64,000 nucleotides of DNA from Tortispora ganteri (Eukaryota), in contig PPNB01000004.1 of the NCBI GenBank assembly GCA_003707115.1, positions 1-64,000 of the forward strand. The letters are read 5' to 3'. How positions within the stretch are numbered: the first letter of the stretch is position 1; every line of letters begins with the position of its first letter. Below the pieces are notes generated by a model. That model was not told where the DNA came from. It saw only the letters and a list, made by a program, of their open reading frames with translations, and made no database searches. A program made the position numbers and the translations under genes. Shown here piece after piece: positions 46,300 to 55,848 of this stretch.

Positions 46300-47316
46300 T
46301 TAGCGAGCTATTCCTAGTGGCCAATCGAACTCGGTAGGAGCATCATTGGTCAACAGCACTTCCATTGACTGTCCGACCTTGATAACATTACCGATATCTT
46401 TTGAGAATCCATATCGTCCGCATATAGGCGAGAATTTATACCCTTTATCGATCCGTCGACCTCCGTATAAGTGTTTAAGCACTGCATTCTTGCTGTCCAC
46501 AAACTTGCCAGTAGAATAATCGACATCCAATGACCTACATCGTCCACAGTTGGCCGTGAAATAAATCTCAGTGTCTTCGATCTTCACTCTGGCCCATAAG
46601 TCTTCTTCCCATGGCTCTAAATCCCCGTCTACAACTATACTAGGACGGAGTTTGCTAGTTTCATAGCTTCCCATGGCTTCAGTTTCGACACCAACGGTGT
46701 CGTCTTTCTTAATATTACCATTTTCGGCTGCCTTCTGTCGTACCACGTCTAGCGAGGCGTCATTGAGTAACAGATAATGTGCACAACAGTTAAATGCGAG
46801 CTTTGAGTTCTCTTCAGTGAATTTATTTCCAGAGAATACATCGCGCCAAGTTCGTTTAATTCCTGTCATTGGATTAACTGTTTTGCCCAAGACTTCTCTC
46901 TCTTGATCGCCTTGGTACAATAATCTAGTCTTGAATCCCAATTGTTCAGTGAACCAGTCATTATAGCTGTCAGGCATAATATATGCATCCATCTTGGAGT
47001 TGTACATGTCAACTTCGGTTGTTGGCAAGTCTTCATAGTTGGGGTATAGAGGCAGATCAATGACTTCTTGAGAGTGTACATGTGTGACTCTAATTAACTC
47101 GTGGTCCTCGTCAATAATTGGTTTAAGAAGAGAGAATTCTGGATCTCTGTCCATACGTACATTTCGCCAATCATCTTCTGTCTTGATGACCTGGAACATG
47201 TACGTACGATCATGCTTAAACCCGTATTGCGCTACTTCGGCTTCCTGCACAGGTATGGGTAGACAGCTCTTGAGCGGGTAGACATATAGCTCTTTGATAC
47301 GAATATCTTTAACCAT
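46300..47316 (-). CDS. MOSC-domain protein (mARC-like)
   Basis: MOSC_N IKELYVYPLKSC...HDRTYM, LLLNDASL, KLRPSIVVDG..PWEEDLW, CGRC. First ATG at 47316. Confidence 0.85.
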   Translation of the reverse strand: MVKDIRIKELYVYPLKSCLPIPVQEAEVAQYGFKHDRTYMFQVIKTEDDWRNVRMDRDPEFSLLKPIIDEDHELIRVTHVHSQEVIDLPLYPNYEDLPTTEVDMYNSKMDAYIMPDSYNDWFTEQLGFKTRLLYQGDQEREVLGKTVNPMTGIKRTWRDVFSGNKFTEENSKLAFNCCAHYLLLNDASLDVVRQKAAENGNIKKDDTVGVETEAMGSYETSKLRPSIVVDGDLEPWEEDLWARVKIEDTEIYFTANCGRCRSLDVDYSTGKFVDSKNAVLKHLYGGRRIDKGYKFSPICGRYGFSKDIGNVIKVGQSMEVLLTNDAPTEFDWPLGIAR

Positions 47317-47617
47317 AACGACTTCGAATAGATTCGAATTCAGTACAATGCCAGCGGGGAAGGGGAAGGATCTCAAATTCGCTATATAGCGTTTATATAT
47401 ATATAGATTGTACTTATCTATCAATGAGTTCAGGGTAAGGGCTCGTTAGGCGCGGTAGTTACAACAGCATTCTTCCCGATATAGGTAAAAAAGTCCGCGC
47501 ACAAGCGCCATACTACGAATTTCTGAAACATACAGGATAATAGACATCTACATAGCTCATAGACAATAAGGGAAGTAAAGGAATCGTTTAATCGACATTA
47601 TCGAACAACGAAACTAT

Positions 47618-48306
47618 TTACTCACCCTTAGCAAGGGCCTCGAACTTGGCGGCAATACGTTCTTGACGACGTTGACGAGCGGCTTTGTTGCGAGCACGAC
47701 GGGCATCAGATTCTTCCTTGAGAGCACGCTCACGGTTCTTCTCGGCCTTAGCCTTGATAACGTGTTCAATAACGGCACGTTTGTTTTTGAAGGAGTTACC
47801 CTTAGCATGCTTGTAGAGTTCGTGATAGAGGTGCTTATCGATCTTTCCTGATGCGCGGTATCTGGCCAAGAGACGACGAAGGACTCTCTGGCGACGCATC
47901 CATACGACTTGTTCGGGCATACGGGCATTGGCAGTACCTTTGCGCTTACCAAAACCGGTGTGGCGACCAGCACGCTTGGCCTCGTGTAGAGCACGAGTGC
48001 GCGATTTGGAGTGGACAGTTGGAGGTTTGCGGATGATCAAACCATTGGCAAAAAGCTTGCGGATGGTTTGACGGGAGTTGGCACTTCCAATTTCTGTAGT
48101 TTCATTAGGGTCGAGCCAGATTTTTCTCTTACCGCAGCCTAAGACGGCAGCGGCCAATCTCTTCTGTGTTCGCATGTTATTAGGTGCCCTATGTGTGTTA
48201 GTAAAGATGATTTATGGGTTATTCGAAATTAGTGGCGGCAAACTTCCACTAAGCGATGTTCCCTTTGGACGTTGTGAATGTATCGCTTCAAGGAGAATAC
48301 TTACAT
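47618..48306 (-). CDS. RPL19: 60S ribosomal protein eL19; exon 1 = 'AT' (48305-48306), intron 48189-48304, exon 2 47618-48188
   Basis: [24 protein letters not shown]..., [20 protein letters not shown]...TACTAAC...TAG|G reconstitutes ATG-GCA ([10 protein letters not shown]). Confidence 0.95.
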
Positions 48307-48398
48307 TGCGATTTGACTGACAATAAGACAGATGTAAGGTGTACTTTGGCTGGCGGGAGGGTTTTGGCTTTGTGTTTGGGTGAGTGAAGGGAGCTGTT

Positions 48399-48433
48399 GG
48401 GCTGAAAAGATGCGTGACTGGTAATAACCCTAA
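48399..48433 (-). promoter_or_regulatory. Putative ribosomal-protein promoter module of RPL19
   Basis: GGGCTGAAAAGATGCGTG (48399-48416) overlapping CGTGACTG (48413-48420), then AACCCTAA (48426-48433). Parallels the RPL42 promoter. Confidence 0.55.
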
Positions 48434-49047
48434 TGTCAGTTGCCTAGACAACGTTTAACGTATGGAATATACTTTAAACAATCGATGCTGATAAAAGTTA
48501 GTAATGATGGGGTTATATTGGCAGAGTTTAGCAGCGGCAGGACGTATCGTCACAAAGAGGCGATTTTGATGTATTCAGATCAGATATTGGTGACTGTGCA
48601 GATAAATTTGAACATTCGTAGAAAACCTACTAAGTGTTTAACGTTTAATTAGGTGCGAGATTTGCGAAGTAGAACTATAAGCGGGTATATTGGCCCTTGG
48701 GAAAAGTCTACAAGGGAGGGGAGGGGCACATACACGCGGCTTATAGCGGGTGGCATGTGCGCTCCCTCTTATACCCCTACCCCTCCCATGATTAACTTCT
48801 CACGCACCTTGCATACCATACATTCTGCAAATTCTGATATTTAGACGCAGTAAAGTAGTTAACACTTGTAATTATTGGAGAAATCAATTTTGTGTGAAAT
48901 TCGAGTATTGATTTCTTGTCTAAATTGCACAAACGGCTATCTTTAAAGTGAAAGCAACCAAGTTTTGTTTATAAGAGTACTAAGGCACTTGTACAATTCT
49001 GTGACAACCGAATAATACGTTGGAATTAACTTGAAAGAGGCTAAATC

Positions 49048-49677
49048 ATGCAGAGTTCAGGACAACCAACCGTATATAAATTAGTTGTACTCGGAGACGG
49101 TGGTGTAGGAAAGACGGCTTTGACTATCCAGCTTTGTTTGAACCACTTTGTTGCAACATACGACCCCACTATTGAAGACTCATACCGAAAGCAAGTGACA
49201 TTAGACGACGAGACATGCATTTTGGAAATTCTCGATACGGCTGGTCAAGAAGAGTACACTTCTCTTAGAGATCAATGGATTCGAGACGGTCAAGGGTTCA
49301 TGCTAGTTTATTCTATCACATCTTCTAATTCGTTCTCTAGGATTCCCTCGTTCTTTAATCAAATTCAAAGAGTTAAAGACTCTACAGATTTCCCTTGTAT
49401 ACTTGTGGGTAACAAGTGTGATCGCGAGGAAGACAGAGAGGTTTCGAGAGCCGATGCTGAATCTCTAGCGAAGAAAATGAACTGCCCGTTTATTGAGACT
49501 TCAGCTAAACAGAACGTCAATACTGAGAAAGCTTTTACTGATGTTGTCAGAATTGCCCGAGCTAGAACAGCAGCTATTCATGCGAACTCTGTAACCGACG
49601 GTGCTGCTTCTTCTAAATCTTCGGACAAGAAATCGAAGAAAAAGAAAAAGAAATCAAAGGACTGCATTATAATGTGA
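49048..49677 (+). CDS. RAS: Ras GTPase (RasB/ras-2 type)
   Basis: [55 protein letters not shown]; polylysine + CIIM. Confidence 0.95.
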   Translation: MQSSGQPTVYKLVVLGDGGVGKTALTIQLCLNHFVATYDPTIEDSYRKQVTLDDETCILEILDTAGQEEYTSLRDQWIRDGQGFMLVYSITSSNSFSRIPSFFNQIQRVKDSTDFPCILVGNKCDREEDREVSRADAESLAKKMNCPFIETSAKQNVNTEKAFTDVVRIARARTAAIHANSVTDGAASSKSSDKKSKKKKKKSKDCIIM

Positions 49678-50949
49678 TGATCGTCTAAGCTACACTAAAG
49701 CTAATGTATCATATAATTTTGATGCCTTTTATAATGCGCGCGTCTTTCATTTTGTGATTGTTCGAATGTTTATAGTATTTGGCTTCAATTATGATTGTTT
49801 GATAATCTGCCTTTCTGCTGCTGAGGCTTTATTCTATGTCTCAAACGAACCGCTGTCCTTTTCCGAACTTCGAGATATCCTGTAAAGATTCGCTCTGTTT
49901 GTTGTGAAATATAAATATTAATATTATTTCATGTTATGTTTTATTGCTATCATTGTTGGTTCTTCTACATACGGTAAAGGTGCCCGACAAGGAGTAGTAC
50001 TCCCTGCAGAGCAGTACATGTCGTAATTATCGTCAACTCTATTTTGACCTGCTATTTCGTCGAACCTCGACCCCTTCAACTAATCCTACTGCGCAAAGAG
50101 TGTGTCTACTGTCGTGTTTTTTCTAATTGCACAATTATACGCTATTCTAATACATAGTAACTTATTTTCTTGTAAACCTATCATATATAGCACAAATTGA
50201 TTGCAGGTCCCTACTTTTGATTGTGGTGAAAGCCAGACTAAAAGCTTATTATTCATGCACGACACGCTGGTTTCGCGGGTAGTCCACGCGTTAGTAAAGG
50301 GCAAAATCAAATTAGAGTTTACAGAGACGGTGGTCGCAGAGTATCCCTGAGTAATGTACTTAACCAGAAATTTGTTTCAAACTTTTGAAACTTGTTTTAT
50401 TCTTTTTTTATGTAAGAATAAAAATACTAATATTACATATTAATTCTGTGCTTGTTATGAAAACCACTGTATCCGTTGTATCCTTCGACGCCAGTTACGC
50501 TTAATTTAAGATTAGAGTTCATACCTTCACTGATACGTTCACCGCGTAGATAATCTAAATATCCCTAGACTGATTTAGATCTCACCCTGCACTCTTTTTT
50601 CTCTTTGTAAACCTCTCCTTTTTACATATACATTCTTTTTTATATTCTACTTTATAATTGAACGTTTTCTTTGATTGCGCTTGTATATCTTCTTGCCCTG
50701 TTTGACTCGTTCCTTTACACTCCATAACTGATACTTTCCTTTCTCGTGCTCCCCCTTTTCACGTTCCTTAGACAAGTTGCATACACCTAGAAGACACATT
50801 GTACTGATTGTCGATCAACTGTACACGTTTCTCAGCTATAAATTCTTAATTATTTGTTTTCTACGCAGTTTTCTATTCACGCTGCACGCCTTTCCGTTGC
50901 ACATACCTGCCTCCTCTCTGCTTGGTCCCCTGCCCCTGCATCCTCAACG

Positions 50950-53808
50950 ATGTCTTCTCAGAACATAGGACAGCTCCCGACACCTGGTAGGAACAACGAA
51001 TTCGACCATTTCAGTTTTGCTACTTCGCCTAAGGATACGTGTTTAGAGGCCGACAAAACCGCGTCACCTATATCTAATGTTCTGCCCTCGTCTCAAACCC
51101 AAAGTCAACAATTCGCGACTCCTGTACACGTGAAACACGAACATCAGACGCAATTGATTACCCCAAATACATCTGTTATCATTAAACAATCTCCTCATTC
51201 ATTGAAACAGCTAAACACAGAAGGAAAACATCAGCCCTCCACGTCTACACCTAAAAGTCGTATAGACCTCGAGCTTCACTCGGAACGCCTACGACGCTAC
51301 TCTTTCGCTGAGGACGAGCTGGATTTTCTTGCGACGGATGATTGCCCCATTACAGATGTCGACAAGTATTTGGCGTATCTGTCGCGTCAACGTAACGATA
51401 CTGCTTACCCTAGCAATGCAGTGTGGAGTCCCAAAATAGAGGCCGCTTTCATCGAAGCCTTACAAAGAATACCACGCGTTGGCCGTCGTAAGCTGCAAGT
51501 CAGAGGACGACCATGGGGCCGTAATGAGCTTATTTCCGCATATATCTTTAAGAAAACAGGGGAAAAACGCACTAGAAAACAGGTCTCTTCTCACATTCAA
51601 GTCCTTAAACATCTGCTGAAGGAGGACCCCAAGTTCATGGCACTTCTCGCAGTAGATGATACAAAAGAACTTCCCAGCGAATTAACACAAGATGAATCGT
51701 TTAACATGGCGGCAGCCGCTTCGCCGCAATTATCACACCCGCCCGCTCCTCCGCTTCAGCATCCCCCTGTAACTTATTCATTGATGTCTAGATCTATTTC
51801 AGACATTCACGAATACAGCTCGCCAATTAAGAGAGAGTATGGAAGAAGAATGACCATTCATGATGCTTCTTCTGCATATACTCCCGCACCAGAATCAGAA
51901 ATGCTACACGCTTTCTCATCTGAAACTCCCAGATCCTCAGTACAGGTACCTAAGTGTGGCCCGCAGCAAGGATACTGGTGGACTGGAAGCGAACGATATT
52001 TCATAAACCAGGCTGATACTGATCTACCGGTAATTCCCACCAGGTTCGCCATAGCTTCTTCTTCCAGCCAACAACACTATTCTTTCATGAGTAACGGCGA
52101 TATGTATACAACACAGCGAGATCTTGCTGTAGAAAGACTTGCAGAGATATTCCCTGATTTCAAAGCTATCCGTGCTACTGATATTTTTGTGGGACACGAA
52201 CGATTCAAGCAAACTGAAACGCCAGCAAGCCACAGGGAAAGAGTTTCAGATGCTCTGTATTTCAACAAGACTTGTGAAGTATTTCATTTCGACGTCGACA
52301 TAAAGATGCCTGATATCTACTACGATTACAAAGAATCGCACATTCCCAATGTACCTACCGGCGGAGCGTCCACTCATTTCAGCTTAAACGTCTTAAGTCC
52401 GAACATCAACCCGTTTATCACTACAATCTCATGGACATGCAAAACTAATATTTATTCCATGAAAAGCTGTGTACTATCACTCACAGAAAATATTGAAACT
52501 ATAACGAACAACGATGGCACTACATCGCTCTCTGTGCCTTTAGTTCCTGAGTTTTGGAATGCATTTTTGGAGGGTCTAGAACAGGGTCAGCTTAAAAGGA
52601 TTCAGAACTTACTGGAGAATCAAAAATCCTTTTCGACCCACAGCGAGCTGGAAGCTGAGCTAGCGAAGGTATACCGCAGAAACGAGCGCGAATCACAAAC
52701 GGCACTCGCCCAACTTACCATGTTTCAGAGTATTCATTGCACATTTACTAAGCAACATTCAAAAGAGAATCAAACTAGCACTGTCGCTGTGTTTCTGTAT
52801 GAGTTCTTAAAAGCTGACGAGAATATGGCACCCAAAGCGCGATGGATGCACCTTGATCCTGAATCAGGACCTGTACTGCTAAGAAATTTACGAAGTGGAC
52901 CGCCACATGAACGGGTAATAGACACAGGAATACGGGCTGTGCAACCACCAGCACCACCACCGCCACCTCCGGTGCCTTCATATGAGAACCAACCTGCGTG
53001 GCGAGTCAATACAAATAATACTCTTGCTAGCACTTTTTCTGCGCCTGTATCTGCGAATGACTCTGGGTCCGAATGGAGTAGCCCAACATACCGAGAACAG
53101 GTTCCGCAAAATATTACAAAACTAATGAAAACTGCAAAACAGAAAAAGACACCGTCAAAGAAACGCCGATACTCAGCTCCTGTTGCAATGTACAATAAAA
53201 AGTTTGAGCCTGTCCTACCAACGATTAATGGATCAGATGACCTCTCCAATTCAGGAAGAATGACGCCTAAAATTGATTGCATTACCGATTTACCAGGTTA
53301 TGAATTAACAGGCTCTAAGAGAGACATCCAATCGGCACACAGCGATAGCGCGTCATTACATTCATTTGAGAGCGGACTAAGCTCAGTAATACCGGCCAAT
53401 CTTTCACCGGAAACACTCATGGCCACCAACATGTTGCACAGTCGTTCTCACCCGGGCCATTTAACTTCGGCAAGGCTAGCATCTTCACCAAATATAAGGG
53501 ATTCATCTGAATATAGGCACAATTGGGTCAGATCAAATGCTACACAAAATGCTGTCATTGCTCCTCAGATGTCGAGGACGCAGTCTGAATGTTTATGGAG
53601 CAAAAATGTAGATCCATTAGCACTAGGCGCTGATCTGTCCCCAATTGAGTTAGATTTTACGGCATCAGAACATCATGAAGTCCATTCAAGGGGCTCTAAT
53701 GTTTCCGATTTTAATGCACTTGAATCTAATGTCTCACTTGATGTGTCGCCTTCTTCATCGCAAATGACATCATTTGACCTGGCAGCATTTACGACTTACA
53801 GCGACTAA
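50950..53808 (+). CDS. TEC1: TEA/ATTS-domain transcription factor (Tec1/AbaA family)
   Basis: VWSPKIEAAFIEALQRIPRVGRRK...GRNELISAYIFKKTGEKRTRKQVSSHIQVLK. First ATG at 50950. Confidence 0.88.
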   Translation: MSSQNIGQLPTPGRNNEFDHFSFATSPKDTCLEADKTASPISNVLPSSQTQSQQFATPVHVKHEHQTQLITPNTSVIIKQSPHSLKQLNTEGKHQPSTSTPKSRIDLELHSERLRRYSFAEDELDFLATDDCPITDVDKYLAYLSRQRNDTAYPSNAVWSPKIEAAFIEALQRIPRVGRRKLQVRGRPWGRNELISAYIFKKTGEKRTRKQVSSHIQVLKHLLKEDPKFMALLAVDDTKELPSELTQDESFNMAAAASPQLSHPPAPPLQHPPVTYSLMSRSISDIHEYSSPIKREYGRRMTIHDASSAYTPAPESEMLHAFSSETPRSSVQVPKCGPQQGYWWTGSERYFINQADTDLPVIPTRFAIASSSSQQHYSFMSNGDMYTTQRDLAVERLAEIFPDFKAIRATDIFVGHERFKQTETPASHRERVSDALYFNKTCEVFHFDVDIKMPDIYYDYKESHIPNVPTGGASTHFSLNVLSPNINPFITTISWTCKTNIYSMKSCVLSLTENIETITNNDGTTSLSVPLVPEFWNAFLEGLEQGQLKRIQNLLENQKSFSTHSELEAELAKVYRRNERESQTALAQLTMFQSIHCTFTKQHSKENQTSTVAVFLYEFLKADENMAPKARWMHLDPESGPVLLRNLRSGPPHERVIDTGIRAVQPPAPPPPPPVPSYENQPAWRVNTNNTLASTFSAPVSANDSGSEWSSPTYREQVPQNITKLMKTAKQKKTPSKKRRYSAPVAMYNKKFEPVLPTINGSDDLSNSGRMTPKIDCITDLPGYELTGSKRDIQSAHSDSASLHSFESGLSSVIPANLSPETLMATNMLHSRSHPGHLTSARLASSPNIRDSSEYRHNWVRSNATQNAVIAPQMSRTQSECLWSKNVDPLALGADLSPIELDFTASEHHEVHSRGSNVSDFNALESNVSLDVSPSSSQMTSFDLAAFTTYSD

Positions 53809-54004
53809 AATGACACGTTCGCAAGACATTACTTTTGTTGCTTTCCCATGCTATGAGTTTGATACTCGTGCAAATAACTGAAGTATTATAACGAATTATA
53901 TTAGACATCATGGCTAGTTGATTAGACAGAGTAGACAGAGTAGAAAAGAGAAGGTTATAAATTAAAGAATTATGATAAAGGAGGAAGAAAACCATTTGAG
54001 TGGT

Positions 54005-55246
54005 CTATGAATGGCGAAGATGAACATCGCTGGCCAAAGCTAGAGAATGAGATCTAGATCTCGGTCCCGGTAGAAGTTCTTGTTCTATATCATCGAGAGA
54101 CATATTTTCTATGTCTGAATGACTATCAGGTTCAAGTTCATTCCTTAGCTTAGTCAGTCGCATATAGTTGTAGGCTGCGATCGCGGCAATGGTGACTGCT
54201 AGACCAATCATATTCATGAAGTGCAAAGAATCGCCAAAAATCATACTGGAAAACGCGATTACAAGAGCCTCTTTAAAGATTCCAGCGACAGAAAGAGATA
54301 CGACGCTAGCGGTCTGGATGAGGGCGAATTCCGAGATAGTCATACAAAATGCAATACATCCTGGAAGACTGAGCAAGAGCATACCTTTGACTAAGCCATA
54401 GTCTGTCCAAAGATCAGCTTCGATAAACTTGGTAAGATCCTCAACAAAAAGCGCTATTATGAACAATGTGAGAGCCATGCCTGGTGCGAGATGCAATAGA
54501 GTAGAGAATGGGTTATGAGTTCGTGGATATGTTTTTAATAGTAGCTGAGTAAGCGACCAGCGCAAACCCGAAAACATTGAAGCACTGAGGACCAAGAGGA
54601 ACCCTGAGAGTACAAACTGCGCTTCACTTGCAACCATAAGAATAACGCCCAGGCTAATAGTGAATATTATCAGAACAAGGTTCCATGTGGGGATTTCTAA
54701 CCTGAATATAAAGGCGAAGAGTAAGACGAACATTAAGCTTGATGATTTTATCATTGTGTAGAACGCCAGGGAGATTACTTGTAAAGACATGTTACCGAGC
54801 CCGATGTCCAAGCTTGTTGCAGAGGAGCATGGCATTAGTTTTAGCAGAATATCATATGTAGAAATCTTATAATCTGAAGACCATTTAAGTGAAGGAAATA
54901 CCGAAACGACAATTGCCGATAAAATGAACTGGATCAAGAAATGTCCTGCAGTTGTGAACAATGGGAAGTGGAAGGCGAACCTCTTATCGCCGAACATCCA
55001 CTTATTATATAGCGATAAACTAATTGAAAACGTGTACCATGATAATATCAATATTGTGATTTTAGTTATCCTTAGTATAAATGCAGAATGATCATGACTC
55101 AAAAATGAAGAGGATGGTGTTTTCGTTTTCAACCTCGACCTTTGTTCATTGTCGTCCTCATCGTCCGAGAAGCTCGGTCGTCGATTTCTTCGATTATCTC
55201 CTAAACTGCTAACAATATCAGAACGTGATATTGAATGCGACGCCAT
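54005..55246 (-). CDS. YMD8: Nucleotide-sugar/triose-phosphate transporter family (SLC35C2/Ymd8-like)
   Basis: WYTFSISLSLYNKWMF, FPLFTT, LDIGLGNMSL, YTMIKSSSL, SGLRWSLTQLLL, SVAGIFKE. Confidence 0.8.
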   Translation of the reverse strand: MASHSISRSDIVSSLGDNRRNRRPSFSDDEDDNEQRSRLKTKTPSSSFLSHDHSAFILRITKITILILSWYTFSISLSLYNKWMFGDKRFAFHFPLFTTAGHFLIQFILSAIVVSVFPSLKWSSDYKISTYDILLKLMPCSSATSLDIGLGNMSLQVISLAFYTMIKSSSLMFVLLFAFIFRLEIPTWNLVLIIFTISLGVILMVASEAQFVLSGFLLVLSASMFSGLRWSLTQLLLKTYPRTHNPFSTLLHLAPGMALTLFIIALFVEDLTKFIEADLWTDYGLVKGMLLLSLPGCIAFCMTISEFALIQTASVVSLSVAGIFKEALVIAFSSMIFGDSLHFMNMIGLAVTIAAIAAYNYMRLTKLRNELEPDSHSDIENMSLDDIEQELLPGPRSRSHSLALASDVHLRHS

Positions 55247-55848
55247 TCAGAGACGTGTAAATTATTATTACTGACAATAATGAGATATGACAAGGGTAAA
55301 AAAAAAACAGTGTTGATTAGTTTGTATCTACTGCAGTTAAGGGTTTTTTTACTGTTAGGAAGACCTTTTGGGAGTAAGAGAGGGAGGAAGGGAGGCAGGG
55401 GCGAGGGCCAGATGTGGGTCTAAAGTATGTAGAGTGGAAGAAGTTTGGGGGAATACAATGTAACCAGGTAGATTGTTGATCAGAACAATAAATTATAAGT
55501 CAAATAAAATAAAATATAAATATTATAAAATTCAATAATTTATAAATCCTTATAATTGAATGTGTGAATATTTAAAAGGAGCACGCTACATAACCTAAAG
55601 TCAGCCTAGTTACAGTATTTTCTCCCTCCCCGCAAAGTATCCGAGGTCGCTTCTCGGACTATAGCCTTCTTTATTGAAAACTTTAAATCCTGCTACATTT
55701 CGTATTCTACCAGTCATTTCTTACTCTTCTTCTTCAGTCGTTATAATAGCCTCTGATTCATTTCTATTGAAGCTATTGCGCTTCTAAAAATTGCTCCATA
55801 GTCATCTAAACGGTGTACACGCCTTTGTTGGCACTTTAACTTGGAGAA

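Noticed and set aside
50267..50360. Minus-strand TACTAAC...CAG suggesting a spliced antisense RNA between RAS and TEC1
   Set aside because: No GTAAGT-type donor at a typical distance and no credible ORF.
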